DNA of 64,000 bases from an uncultured virus (IMG/VR IMGVR_UViG_3300037452_000097). Taxonomy: Duplodnaviria; Heunggongvirae; Uroviricota; Caudoviricetes. Position numbers and translations under genes: made by a program. Below the pieces are notes generated by a model, which was not told the origin of the DNA, made no database searches, and worked only from the letters and a program-made list of their open reading frames with translations. Below are positions 20,306-28,724 of the stretch, in pieces. Every line of letters begins with the position of its first letter. The first letter of the stretch is position 1. The stretch lies in IMG/VR virus record IMGVR_UViG_3300037452_000097. One strand, written 5' to 3'.

Positions 20306-20749
20306 ATGCCCGACGAACAGCTAGCAGTCATATCGGCGCCGGAGTCGCGGGATCAATTCTCAATCCTAATGCAGGGACTGAGCAACATCATGGGTGTGTT
20401 ACTCGCCCTCAACACAAGGATGGATAAAATGACAACTTCCAATCAGAACTTAATGGACGCGATCACGGCTCTCTCATCCGGGATCACGTCTCTCGGTGGC
20501 ATGGTCTCACAATTCGGGACGAACCTGACCCAGCTCGACACCACGGTCAAAACGGCGATTTCCGATATGGGAACCGGAGGGGACGCCGCGCGCGCCGCCG
20601 CCGTCGCGGCGATCACCACCGCATCGACGCAGCTCGCCACCGTCGCGACACAAATGGGCGCGGCGGCAACTCAGGTCGGCACGATCGAAACCGAGCTCAC
20701 AGCCGCTATCGCCGCGCAGACTTCGCCGCCAGCCACGCCGACCGCGTAA
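20306..20749 (+). CDS. coiled-coil hypothetical protein
   Basis: Heptad-like Ala/Thr-rich ORF directly after the lysin; start uncertain. Confidence 0.5.
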   Translation: MPDEQLAVISAPESRDQFSILMQGLSNIMGVLLALNTRMDKMTTSNQNLMDAITALSSGITSLGGMVSQFGTNLTQLDTTVKTAISDMGTGGDAARAAAVAAITTASTQLATVATQMGAAATQVGTIETELTAAIAAQTSPPATPTA

Positions 20750-20796
20750 CCCGGAACCGGCATGAATTCTTACCCTAAGCCAAAGGAAATCGGAAA

Positions 20797-21057
20797 ATGA
20801 GCTATATGCAAGCTACCCAAACTGCCGAACCTTCCTCCTCTTTGATGGACGATGCCGGTAGGGCAGTAGAGAGACTGGGAGAAATTCACGGGCGTCTCTT
20901 AAAACTCGGAGGAGTACTATTTGGGGCTCAGCTGCGCGATCTTAAGAGCCAGCCGGAGGAATCCGCCACGACGAACATGCGGCGTCATGTTGAACGCTCC
21001 CATATATTGCTTGGCGACATCGAAGCTGAGCTTTCATCGCTCGAATCGCGCCTATGA
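20797..21057 (+). CDS. hypothetical protein
   Basis: 86 aa with AAGGA SD. Confidence 0.55.
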   Translation: MSYMQATQTAEPSSSLMDDAGRAVERLGEIHGRLLKLGGVLFGAQLRDLKSQPEESATTNMRRHVERSHILLGDIEAELSSLESRL

Positions 21058-21323
21058 CCACCGAAGAAATCGACATGGCGGAGGCCGCGATTCTAGACCT
21101 CATCAAGATCGGAACGGCGTACTATCCGCCGCTGGCGGTGTCCGCTCCTTTTATCGCCACGTTTATCAAGTTCGAGGCAACCAAGATCAGAGTCGGACTT
21201 GCTGACGGGTCAATCGTTCCGGACGGGCAAGGTGGCTTGGTTCCAGTGACAAACAGCCGCGTCATGCCGGACGGATCTTTGCGGCCGTATGATCCGCAGC
21301 GGCGCACACATACTGGACTTTGA
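21054..21323 (+). CDS. hypothetical protein
   Basis: 89 aa; ATGA overlap with the previous gene. Confidence 0.55.
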   Translation: MTTEEIDMAEAAILDLIKIGTAYYPPLAVSAPFIATFIKFEATKIRVGLADGSIVPDGQGGLVPVTNSRVMPDGSLRPYDPQRRTHTGL

Positions 21324-21513
21324 GACATGACCCACGAATTCGTGACGGACATCGCCGCCGTCGCCGCGATCGTCGCCGCTGCAGGCGTGCTCGGCATTAT
21401 CGCGCTGATGATTTCGGATGTGTTTAACGGATGACGTTGCGCGATGCGGCCGATCTTGCGACGATCGGGATGTTTTTCGAGTTCCTGATTTTTCTCGTGC
21501 TGGAAGCAAGACG

Positions 21514-21681
21514 ATGATCGATCCAGATGGATATGCGGATTTCGCAATATCTGATTATCTCGATGATGAAAAGGTCATTGACGAATATCTCTTGGCCGCA
21601 GCTGACGATCCAAACCCAGAGGTGCTTTCGCGCGCCAAATCAGATGTGGAGAAGGCGCGAGATCGTGCCCCGCAGCCGTAG
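21514..21681 (+). CDS. truncated addiction-module antidote-like protein (N-terminal domain only)
   Basis: FAISDYLDDEKVIDEYLLAAADDPNPEVLSRAKSDVEKAR resembles the HI1420-type antitoxin N-terminus; no HTH follows. Confidence 0.55.
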   Translation: MIDPDGYADFAISDYLDDEKVIDEYLLAAADDPNPEVLSRAKSDVEKARDRAPQP

Positions 21682-21762
21682 CCACGGGGCATCGATTTAT
21701 AGTTCCGAAGGAACCATTATTTATCGGTCGCACAAGGCCCACCCCCTTTCTAGCTCAAACCG

Positions 21763-21948
21763 ATGAGGCAGAAGCATGCCCCCTTTTTAGCGATCGATCT
21801 TATCGCCATCGCCGTTCTCATAGGTATGGGGCTGTGGCTTCAAAGCATCAACGGCAAGGACGGGATTGTGGACGAATTTTTTGCGCCGTTTCCCCTCGGG
21901 GTTACGGGCGCGATAGCGGCGGTGCTTTTCGAGAAGGCGTGGGCATGA
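21763..21948 (+). CDS. small two-helix membrane protein
   Basis: 61 aa, two hydrophobic segments. Confidence 0.5.
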   Translation: MRQKHAPFLAIDLIAIAVLIGMGLWLQSINGKDGIVDEFFAPFPLGVTGAIAAVLFEKAWA

Positions 21949-22114
21949 AAACCATCGACGCCTTCTGCGCTGCCGCCGTTGCCATCGCGATCCTGCTCAC
22001 CGTCTTGCTGTTCGTCCTTACCCATCAACCGCCGCGTGTTGGCCTCAACGTGACGATCCATGAAATTGCGCCGCCACGGACGAGCGGACATCCTATAAAT
22101 GCTTTCGAACCGCC

Positions 22115-22315
22115 ATGACGAGCCGCGCGCCCTTCACGATCCTTGAGCGGCTTGCGGACTCGGATAGGCCGTACTTGGCATCGCCTCGCGAATTGCGGGA
22201 GCTCGCTAACGAGCTCGAACTGCATGGCGGGTATCAGATCCAGGCGTGGAAGCGAGAAGGCGACGACTCCGAGCGGGTGGAAATCTTTGTCACCTTCCCG
22301 AAGAAACGGGAATGA
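22115..22315 (+). CDS. hypothetical protein
   Basis: 66 aa, coupled starts and stops. Confidence 0.45.
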   Translation: MTSRAPFTILERLADSDRPYLASPRELRELANELELHGGYQIQAWKREGDDSERVEIFVTFPKKRE

Positions 22316-22527
22316 TCGCGGTCGTGGTTGCTCTTTTCATTGCGACATCGGAACCGCCATCCGTGCGAAGTCCTTACAAAATGGGCGACTGGGCAACATG
22401 TCGCGACGGAACCCAGGTCTACTCGCGGAATGCCGTATCACCGCTTGAGCCACCGTCCGAACCGCCGTGTGCGCGGCATGGCGGGGTCCGGGCTTATGGG
22501 CCTGGTCGAAGGTTGAATGAGAAGTAA

Positions 22528-22614
22528 TTATTTCATAGAAAGTAATATGGCGATTATTACGACACAAAGCACGATTTGCGCCGCCTTAATCGCGTCGTCC
22601 AAGAGACTGTTCAT
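22528..22614 (-). CDS. 28-aa hydrophobic micro-peptide
   Basis: Own translation MNSLLDDAIKAAQIVLCVVIIAILLSMK*; GAGGA SD 4 nt before ATG; directly downstream of RNA element copy 2. Confidence 0.5.
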   Translation of the reverse strand: MNSLLDDAIKAAQIVLCVVIIAILLSMK

Positions 22615-22634
22615 TTGGTCCTCGACGGATAAGC

Positions 22635-22787
22635 GTGAGCGGGCCGGACGCTACCCCGGCTCTAACTGGCGTCGTCGATATTTAGGCTACGAGCCGGCCT
22701 TCCATGGCCTCGAAGCAAGCCGATTTCTCGGCTATCGCCAATCACCCTTGCACCCGCTGCGTGTCTGCTTTCCACGCCGCCGCTCAC
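22635..22787 (-). ncRNA. tRNA-like structured RNA element, copy 2
   Basis: Same three conserved stems as 18913-19046; different middle with GCCGA-GAAA-TCGGC; upstream TTGCGC-N17-TATGGT. Confidence 0.65.
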
Positions 22788-23021
22788 CGGCAAACCATAC
22801 CGCATCCCCCGCGCTCGCGCAACTGAAAATCCGCAACAATAGGAGCGGCTAGGCTCTCCGCTCGTGGCGTCCCCTTTGTGCGTGGTGACTGAAGCAATTG
22901 GCGCTTGCACGCCGTTCTATTCCAGCTCCGACCCGCTTGCGCGGCCTCTCCGCTGACGCTCGCCGTCCACGACAAATATACCACCGCAAGCCCCGTTCTG
23001 CAACACATAGGAGACTGAAAA

Positions 23022-23198
23022 ATGCACCTCTCTGAAATCTTCTGGGTACTTATGATCATCTGGGCGATCTTCGGACTTGCCTGGAATTCCAACCCGGCGA
23101 TGCTTGGATCGTGGGGCCTGTGGGGAAACTGGCTTCTCCTTTTCATTCTGTTTTTCCTGCTCGGCTGGAAAGTCTTCGGGTTCGTGGTCCAGGGCTGA
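23022..23198 (+). CDS. 58-aa two-helix membrane protein (not in the ORF track)
   Basis: MHLSEIFWVLMIIWAIFGLAW...WLLLFILFFLLGWKVFGFVVQG*; AGGAG SD. Confidence 0.7.
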   Translation: MHLSEIFWVLMIIWAIFGLAWNSNPAMLGSWGLWGNWLLLFILFFLLGWKVFGFVVQG

Positions 23199-23360
23199 TG
23201 CCATGGAAACCCTAAAATATCCCTCTCGATGGTGGGTGCTCGTACCGCTCAACGTGGCGGCGTGGATGATCGTCTATAGGTGGTTTAGGCAGCGCAAAAG
23301 AGCGATGCTTCCTGACCATGGAGAGGATCATGCGGGCGGCGGCTGAAGGAAAAACTGCCC

Positions 23361-23921
23361 ATGGATGAACGGCCTTATCCGAGCAATATTCCTATCCCCG
23401 ATCCGTCGATCGCTACGGCCGCGGGACTTAGAGCTCTCCGCGACGAAGTAAGAGGCTGGGTCGATAGTCTCCAGGTCCTGCATGAAGAGAAGATCGAACG
23501 CGCCGAGGATAGAACGTCATCTCTCGACAGGGTTGTGCAAACACGTCTAGCAGGGAGCGAGACCGCGCTGAATGCCGCCATGGCTGCCGCGGACAAGGTG
23601 ACCCAGAAAATCGAGATCAATTTCGGCGCCGTGATGAACGAGATGAAAGCCGGAATGACGAAGCAAATCGATACCATAAAGGAAACCATCGACGATCTTA
23701 AGGGCCGCCTCGATCGGGGAGAGGGCATTTCGCGGGGGAATTTCGACACGAACTCAACCCAGCGGGACACCACGCGGAACATCCTCGCTTTCGGCTCATT
23801 GGTGATCGCGATTATCGCGGCGATCATTGCAATTGTGGTCGCCATAACAAACCATCAATCCGCGCCTTCGGTTTATCATCCGGCGGTGAACACGATGCGA
23901 TCCGGCTATGGCCAAGTCTGA
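23361..23921 (+). CDS. coiled-coil protein with C-terminal TM helix (possibly lysis-related)
   Basis: TALNAAMAAADK coil, then IDDLKGRLDRGEG and a hydrophobic helix; AAGGA SD. Confidence 0.65.
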   Translation: MDERPYPSNIPIPDPSIATAAGLRALRDEVRGWVDSLQVLHEEKIERAEDRTSSLDRVVQTRLAGSETALNAAMAAADKVTQKIEINFGAVMNEMKAGMTKQIDTIKETIDDLKGRLDRGEGISRGNFDTNSTQRDTTRNILAFGSLVIAIIAAIIAIVVAITNHQSAPSVYHPAVNTMRSGYGQV

Positions 23922-24068
23922 GAAACCGCCGTTTCCTCGCGTCAGTATCAGCGCGATCGTGACGCGCGTGCTTCTAGCGCAGAGGTAAATTCAGCCATAA
24001 TAGCCACAAGCCGAAAGCCAAGCCAAGGCCAATGATAATAAAACATGCAGCCAACATTTGGATGATGT

Positions 24069-24425
24069 TCATTTCAGCATCTCGTCTACCATGGCTTGCC
24101 AGACGGCCTCGGCACATAGGGGGTCGGTTATAGTTTTGTAGATCATGGCTTGCCCAGCCTCGGTCATTTCCGGCGCCGGATCGCGGATCGCGGAGATTGC
24201 GGCGCGGGCTTTAAATCGACGTTCTTCTTCTTTGCGCCTTTCCTCGCACTCGCGTGGCGTTGCGAACGCGGCAATTATATGAACCGTGTTATCCGAGATC
24301 GCTTCGCCTAGATCGAGATAGCCAACCTCCCATTGCAGGCCATCGGCGCGTACCTTATTGCGCCTCCCGAAAATCTCAGGGATGCTTTCAATCGCCCTCG
24401 CGACGCGCTCGATAATCTCTCTCAT
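24069..24425 (-). CDS. conserved phage hypothetical protein
   Basis: IIERVARAI...ARAAISAIRDP..EM..AG...WQAMVD. Confidence 0.65.
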   Translation of the reverse strand: MREIIERVARAIESIPEIFGRRNKVRADGLQWEVGYLDLGEAISDNTVHIIAAFATPRECEERRKEEERRFKARAAISAIRDPAPEMTEAGQAMIYKTITDPLCAEAVWQAMVDEMLK

Positions 24426-24865
24426 TGTTTCAGTGCCTCGCGAAGGGCGGCATGTAATTGCTCGGTTGCCTCTGGATTTTTTGTTCTATCACCAAACCAC
24501 CACGTCAATAGCGCCTCATTCACCGCGCGCTGCTTGGCGAGCGCGGCTTCCAGATCGGCGATGCGGCTCAGAATTGGCTTGAGAGATAGCGCTCTATAAT
24601 CAATAACGATCCCATCGGAATTCGCGAGCTTCGTTTCGATCTCAGCTATTCGATTATTTTGTGCCTGCGTCTTGCGATCAAGTTCTACAAAGAAATTGTC
24701 TGGCGTATCGCTCATTTCGTCATCCTTCGCAAAATTGTGCGGGCCTTTCACCCGCTCGGCCTTATCGCCGGGCGTTATCCGGTCCGCCCAACTCCCAGGC
24801 TTCGGCTCGATCATTACTTCCATCGGAAAAAGCCGAGGGCGCCGCGCGCCGGGATAAACAGGCAC
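24422..24865 (-). CDS. hypothetical protein (start uncertain)
   Basis: ORF coupled to neighbours. Confidence 0.5.
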   Translation of the reverse strand: MPVYPGARRPRLFPMEVMIEPKPGSWADRITPGDKAERVKGPHNFAKDDEMSDTPDNFFVELDRKTQAQNNRIAEIETKLANSDGIVIDYRALSLKPILSRIADLEAALAKQRAVNEALLTWWFGDRTKNPEATEQLHAALREALKQ

Positions 24866-25233
24866 GGCCTTGGATCACGGAGAACGAGGCCGAACGGACC
24901 TTCAAACCACGGACTCTCGCTTTCCGTCACGATATCGACGATCTCCACGCTGCCGATGATGCCGCCGCGATCAAGATGCGTAGAATGCCGATATTCAATT
25001 CCTATCTTTTTCATAAATTCCACGGCCCACCAATATTCTCCGCGCGTCATGCTCTTCGCGGCATGAATTGCGATCCTGTCGCGCTGGCGGAGAAGGCTGC
25101 GTTCCCTCCAGTTACGATTTTCAACGTCCTTGCCGGCGTGAATGATCGCCCATGCCCAAGGCTGGCGCACTGATAAGGCGAGGGACGGCAACGTAGTGGC
25201 GTCGGCGATGGCCTTGGCTTTCATTGGAAACAT
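24814..25233 (-). CDS. ASCH domain protein
   Basis: ALSVRQPWAWAIIHAGKDVENRNW...IAIHA...GGIIGSV...RGALGFF. Confidence 0.85.
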   Translation of the reverse strand: MFPMKAKAIADATTLPSLALSVRQPWAWAIIHAGKDVENRNWRERSLLRQRDRIAIHAAKSMTRGEYWWAVEFMKKIGIEYRHSTHLDRGGIIGSVEIVDIVTESESPWFEGPFGLVLRDPRPCLFIPARGALGFFRWK

Positions 25234-25790
25234 CGGGCGCTTTGAATAACGGCATTTGCTTCAAAGCCAAACTTCCTTAAAGCGGCTTCTTTTTGTGTTT
25301 TCTCGATTAGAGGATTCGTGTCCGGCGACAACATGGAAAGGTCATCGTCTACTCCGAGCGGCATGAAGGAATCGCGGCCGTCTGCGCTGCATTTTCCATC
25401 CTTGCCGCTCAGATCCTCTTGCGAATACAAACGCGTCGAATAAGGGCTGCCCCCGCTGATCCACCACTCCACATGCTTGCACTGTGGGTGTGCCTTTTGC
25501 CATTCCTTTTGTTTTGCCAGAGTTGCCCACTCCTTCGCCATTCCGCGCTCAAACTCGCGCTGAACATCTTCTTTTTCTTTTTCCGTGGACGGAGCGCCAA
25601 GAATGAGACTCTTGGCGTGTTCGCATTCCGATTGAGACAGATGGCTCACAAGAGAGACGACGCCCCCGGCGCTTTGCGTCAAAAGTTGCCAGTTATCGCT
25701 AGCCGTGGCCGGCAATGTCATGGCAATCGAAAAAAGCAGAATTCGCACAATGAGGTCAAGAGCTTCGCTCGCTGTAATTTTCGTAAGCAT
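25221..25790 (-). CDS. exported hypothetical protein
   Basis: Signal-like N-terminus and Cys pairs. Confidence 0.55.
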   Translation of the reverse strand: MLTKITASEALDLIVRILLFSIAMTLPATASDNWQLLTQSAGGVVSLVSHLSQSECEHAKSLILGAPSTEKEKEDVQREFERGMAKEWATLAKQKEWQKAHPQCKHVEWWISGGSPYSTRLYSQEDLSGKDGKCSADGRDSFMPLGVDDDLSMLSPDTNPLIEKTQKEAALRKFGFEANAVIQSARCFQ

Positions 25791-25802
25791 GGCCTTTCAC
25801 GA

Positions 25803-26132
25803 TCACCACTTATGCCAGAACAGGAGCAAACCACCGAAAATAATCGCCAAAAACCCTCCGAAAGTCAAAATCCCAAGCTCCTTTGGGACAGGATATTGTC
25901 CGCCTTTCATTCGAGGCGCATGCGGAGCAGACCAAGAGGAATATATCCGCTTCATGACATCCTCTTGAGTTTCTGGCGCAAAACCGACCAAGGCGCGATT
26001 GTGGTTGCGATTTTCCCATACAGCATTAGCTGCGGCCTTCCATCCGTCGCAGAATCCGTTCTGATATTCATCGGCCATTGCTGAACCTCCAAAGGCTATA
26101 GAAAAAAGCAGAATTCGCCCGATTGAGTTCAT
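25803..26132 (-). CDS. exported/membrane hypothetical protein
   Basis: MNSIGRILLFSIAFGGSAMA signal and a C-terminal TM helix. Confidence 0.5.
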   Translation of the reverse strand: MNSIGRILLFSIAFGGSAMADEYQNGFCDGWKAAANAVWENRNHNRALVGFAPETQEDVMKRIYSSWSAPHAPRMKGGQYPVPKELGILTFGGFLAIIFGGLLLFWHKW

Positions 26133-26181
26133 GTGAACGCCCATCCTAAAATTAGTCAAGCGACTAACTGTTTGTAATTAT

Positions 26182-26213
26182 TGGTGCTGCGAGAGAGGAT
26201 TGAACTCTCGGCC
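26182..26213 (-). other. 3' fragment of a tRNA gene, probable attP core
   Basis: Minus strand GGCC-GAGAG-TTCAATC-CTCTC-TCGCAGC-A-CCA (T arm, acceptor 3' strand, CCA) with no matching 5' half. Confidence 0.65.
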
Positions 26214-26242
26214 CGTCAAGTCCAAAAGCGTACTGCGCATAG

Positions 26243-26596
26243 CTATAGCTGCCTTATTTTCTTTTGCGCGCCACCATACCAAACATGCCCGGCCGCCTTC
26301 ATGTCAGCCATGTTGTCGGCGTGCGTTCCTAGCCGCAAGTGATCAGGATTGCAGCAACTCGGATTGTTGCAAGAATGGAGAACGTGCAGCCCTATCGGAA
26401 TTTCGCCTTTGGAAACCTCATAGGCAATCCGATGCGCGCGTAACGGCGAAGTATGGGCAACCGTCTTGAATTGACCGTAGCCGTGGCGGTCGAGCGAACC
26501 TTGCCAATGCCAGCAGGGGCTATAGTGAGGGCGCGGCGCGGGGATTTTCACCCGCGACCAAAAACGTGCGATTATGTTAGGTTCGTATCGGGTCAT
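26243..26596 (-). CDS. HNH homing endonuclease
   Basis: RFWSRV...CWHWQG...GYG...AHRIAY...VLHSCNNPSCCNPDHLRLGTHADNMAD; start moved to MTRYE. Confidence 0.85.
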   Translation of the reverse strand: MTRYEPNIIARFWSRVKIPAPRPHYSPCWHWQGSLDRHGYGQFKTVAHTSPLRAHRIAYEVSKGEIPIGLHVLHSCNNPSCCNPDHLRLGTHADNMADMKAAGHVWYGGAQKKIRQL

Positions 26597-26710
26597 CGTC
26601 CGCTTCCTCGGATGGTGATCAAGAGCCCGTCGAGCGGTCGCACGCTTGGCGGGTTCGCCTTTGTAGCACATGTTTGCGTTCAAGCGAACGCCTTTCGTTC
26701 CGAGAAACGG

Positions 26711-26782
26711 TGCCGCCGCGGAGACTCGAACTCCGGCTCTTTGCTTTACCAAAGCAATGCTTTACCCCTAAGCTACGGCGGC
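26711..26782 (-). tRNA. tRNA-Thr (anticodon GGT)
   Basis: GCCGCCG TA GCTT AGGGGTA AAGC A TTGCT TTGGTAA AGCAA AGAGC CGGAG TTCGAGT CTCCG CGGCGGC A forms a full cloverleaf; followed by CCG rather than CCA. Confidence 0.9.
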
Positions 26783-26855
26783 TTGCGAGGCCGCGGTTAG
26801 CTTGGTAGGCCACTCTTTTACCAACAGAGAGGCCACCAGGGAAAGCAGCGTCCTT

Positions 26856-27245
26856 TCATGGACTCTGCTTCCCGTCCGCTTGTTTTTGATCGGCATTTGA
26901 CGGAGTTTCCGGGAGGGAGCGGTCTTTAGGAAAGTTCATTTGAACGCCCGGCCTCTCCGCAGTATGCATCCCTCCATAGAATCCGAACCAGATCAGTTCA
27001 GGCTCGTCGTCAACGCCGTGCTGCGCACAGGTGATCGTAACCCCACGGCCAATTAGCCCGCGCCAATTGATTTCATTCTTAAGCAAGATATCAAGCGCGT
27101 GATCGGCGCCATGCGCAATGACGATTGCATATTCGGATGCGCGGTCATTCCGCAGGACATAAACGCTTTTTCTCGCTGAGTTTGATCCCATGGCCCTCTG
27201 TAAATCACAGAGCGACCGTATCAGCCGAGAGTTCTTAGTGCTCAT
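26856..27245 (-). CDS. hypothetical protein
   Basis: 129 aa in a chain of overlapping leftward ORFs. Confidence 0.55.
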   Translation of the reverse strand: MSTKNSRLIRSLCDLQRAMGSNSARKSVYVLRNDRASEYAIVIAHGADHALDILLKNEINWRGLIGRGVTITCAQHGVDDEPELIWFGFYGGMHTAERPGVQMNFPKDRSLPETPSNADQKQADGKQSP

Positions 27246-27374
27246 CCAGACCCCTGCCGCTTTTTCGGAAATCTAGGCACCTTCCGATCCTTCTCCCAAC
27301 TAACCAACGACGGAACAATGCTTCCTCTTCGAGAAATTTGATACGTCGATCAATGACGGCAATGTCAAGCTCGC

Positions 27375-27587
27375 TCATCCCGTCTTTCCTTTCACAACAG
27401 GCAATCTGAACACATATTTTGACCAAACATGATGTCCTTCAAAGCCACCGGCTTTGCGATATTCAATTGGTTCTAACCATACCCAAAACCCTTTATCGGA
27501 TGGCGATCTACCAATCCAAACAGGCCAAATAGCGAAGTCGGATCTCCATTCAGAATTATCTTCCCATCTCATTCCGTCACCTTTCAT
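27375..27587 (-). CDS. hypothetical Trp-rich protein
   Basis: W...FAIWPV...WVWLE motif common in small phage proteins. Confidence 0.55.
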   Translation of the reverse strand: MKGDGMRWEDNSEWRSDFAIWPVWIGRSPSDKGFWVWLEPIEYRKAGGFEGHHVWSKYVFRLPVVKGKTG

Positions 27588-27588
27588 T

Positions 27589-27819
27589 TCATATCGCGCT
27601 CGTCGGCGGCAGGATCGTTGTAGTTTGACCGGGACAAATGGTCATTCCTTGATGGAATATGACTGTTTTCGGAGACCACGGGTAGCATCCTGCAATAGCA
27701 TTGCTCCCTATAATGGCCAATATTAGAAATCCTACGGCGAGATTAATCCATCTGATCCATGGTCGTATCATAAAGCCAAGCGCGATATTTAATCCACATA
27801 GTATTGCTAATATTGTCAT
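27589..27819 (-). CDS. small membrane protein
   Basis: Two hydrophobic segments; GGGAG SD. Confidence 0.55.
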   Translation of the reverse strand: MTILAILCGLNIALGFMIRPWIRWINLAVGFLILAIIGSNAIAGCYPWSPKTVIFHQGMTICPGQTTTILPPTSAI

Positions 27820-27866
27820 TTAATCGCTCTCCCTCTTGTTTCTCTCACCGCGTCGATCTCCAGCGC

Positions 27867-28259
27867 CTAAAACGGTTGTGGAAACCATGTTTTCGGCATT
27901 TCCTTTTTAAATCTGATCGCCGTCATATTTCCGCAATGCGTGCATCTGGTCCGAGTTCTGTCTTCGATTTCCTTGTTAATCTCCGCTAGGTACTTTGACA
28001 GCTCTCGCTGGCGCATGTTCCAGTATGTTTCGTGAGCCGCTAGCAGCTCTAAAACATAGATCGGATTAAGCTGCGCTCCACAGTCCCGGCATTCGACCGA
28101 TCCGAGCTTGCGGTCAACAATAAAAGGCCCTTTGTGCTCGCATGTCTGCGGACTATATCGCCTTGAGTTAGCAATTATAGTGGTCTCGTAGGTTCTTGGT
28201 CCGCTCTCTTGCGGATTAAGTTGCACAATATTGCTAATGTCGGCTTCGTCATCATCCAT
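27867..28259 (-). CDS. zinc-ribbon hypothetical protein
   Basis: CEH...VECRDCGAQLNP...RTRCTHCG. Confidence 0.7.
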   Translation of the reverse strand: MDDDEADISNIVQLNPQESGPRTYETTIIANSRRYSPQTCEHKGPFIVDRKLGSVECRDCGAQLNPIYVLELLAAHETYWNMRQRELSKYLAEINKEIEDRTRTRCTHCGNMTAIRFKKEMPKTWFPQPF

Positions 28260-28413
28260 GCTTCTGACCAATAGTCACGTTGCGAGTCAAATATATCTCC
28301 AGCGCCTTTGCCTCTTTCTCGCGCTCATTGCGCGGACCACGGAGCGTTCCTGTGGCGGCCTTTCCGCAAGGACATGTGCCAAGAAACTCAAACCACCTTA
28401 CTTGATCGGCCAT
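28252..28413 (-). CDS. 53-aa micro-ORF (not in the ORF track)
   Basis: MADQVRWFEFLGTCPCGKAATG...AKALEIYL...; AGGA SD. Confidence 0.45.
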   Translation of the reverse strand: MADQVRWFEFLGTCPCGKAATGTLRGPRNEREKEAKALEIYLTRNVTIGQKHG

Positions 28414-28675
28414 TTCCTGTTTCCTTGAACAGATTTATCTCCAGCGCCTCGGCCGTGGTTTTGGAGGATTTCGCGGCAAGTTCCACGGCATCCCCGCCTT
28501 CTTGCGCCAGCTTAAACGCCTCATCCCACATTTCTGCGCACTTTAGCTCACTGAAAGTAGGGTTGCGGTTTAGCAAAATCGAAACGCGGTCGTGCATGTC
28601 GTTACTGGAGAGCCTCCATATTTTAACAATGGTCGCCGCCAATTTAATTTGATGATCGCTTGACACTCTTTCCAC
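28388..28675 (-). CDS. hypothetical protein
   Basis: 95 aa bounded by two identical 23-bp repeats. Confidence 0.5.
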   Translation of the reverse strand: MERVSSDHQIKLAATIVKIWRLSSNDMHDRVSILLNRNPTFSELKCAEMWDEAFKLAQEGGDAVELAAKSSKTTAEALEINLFKETGNGRSSKVV

Positions 28676-28724
28676 CCAATAAATTTATCTCCAGCGCCTC
28701 GGCCGCGTCCCGGAGGAAAAAGCC

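Larger units (their letters stand above)
27855..28705. repeat. four dispersed direct repeats with core ATCTCCAGCGCC
   Basis: Copies at about 27856, 28295, 28433-28455 and 28683-28705; the last two are identical over 23 bp. Confidence 0.85.

Noticed and set aside
18913..22787. Calling the repeated elements canonical tRNAs, tRNA-Sec or CRISPR repeats
   Set aside because: There is no TTC T-loop, no proper anticodon arm and no CCA. There are only two copies, far apart, and no cas genes.
26597..26752. N-terminal extension of the HNH ORF in the track
   Set aside because: It runs through the tRNA; the ATG at 26596 has a GAGG SD.
26182..26782. Intron-split tRNA with the HNH inside
   Set aside because: The upstream tRNA is already complete, its acceptor strand does not match the fragment, and no group I intron core was seen.
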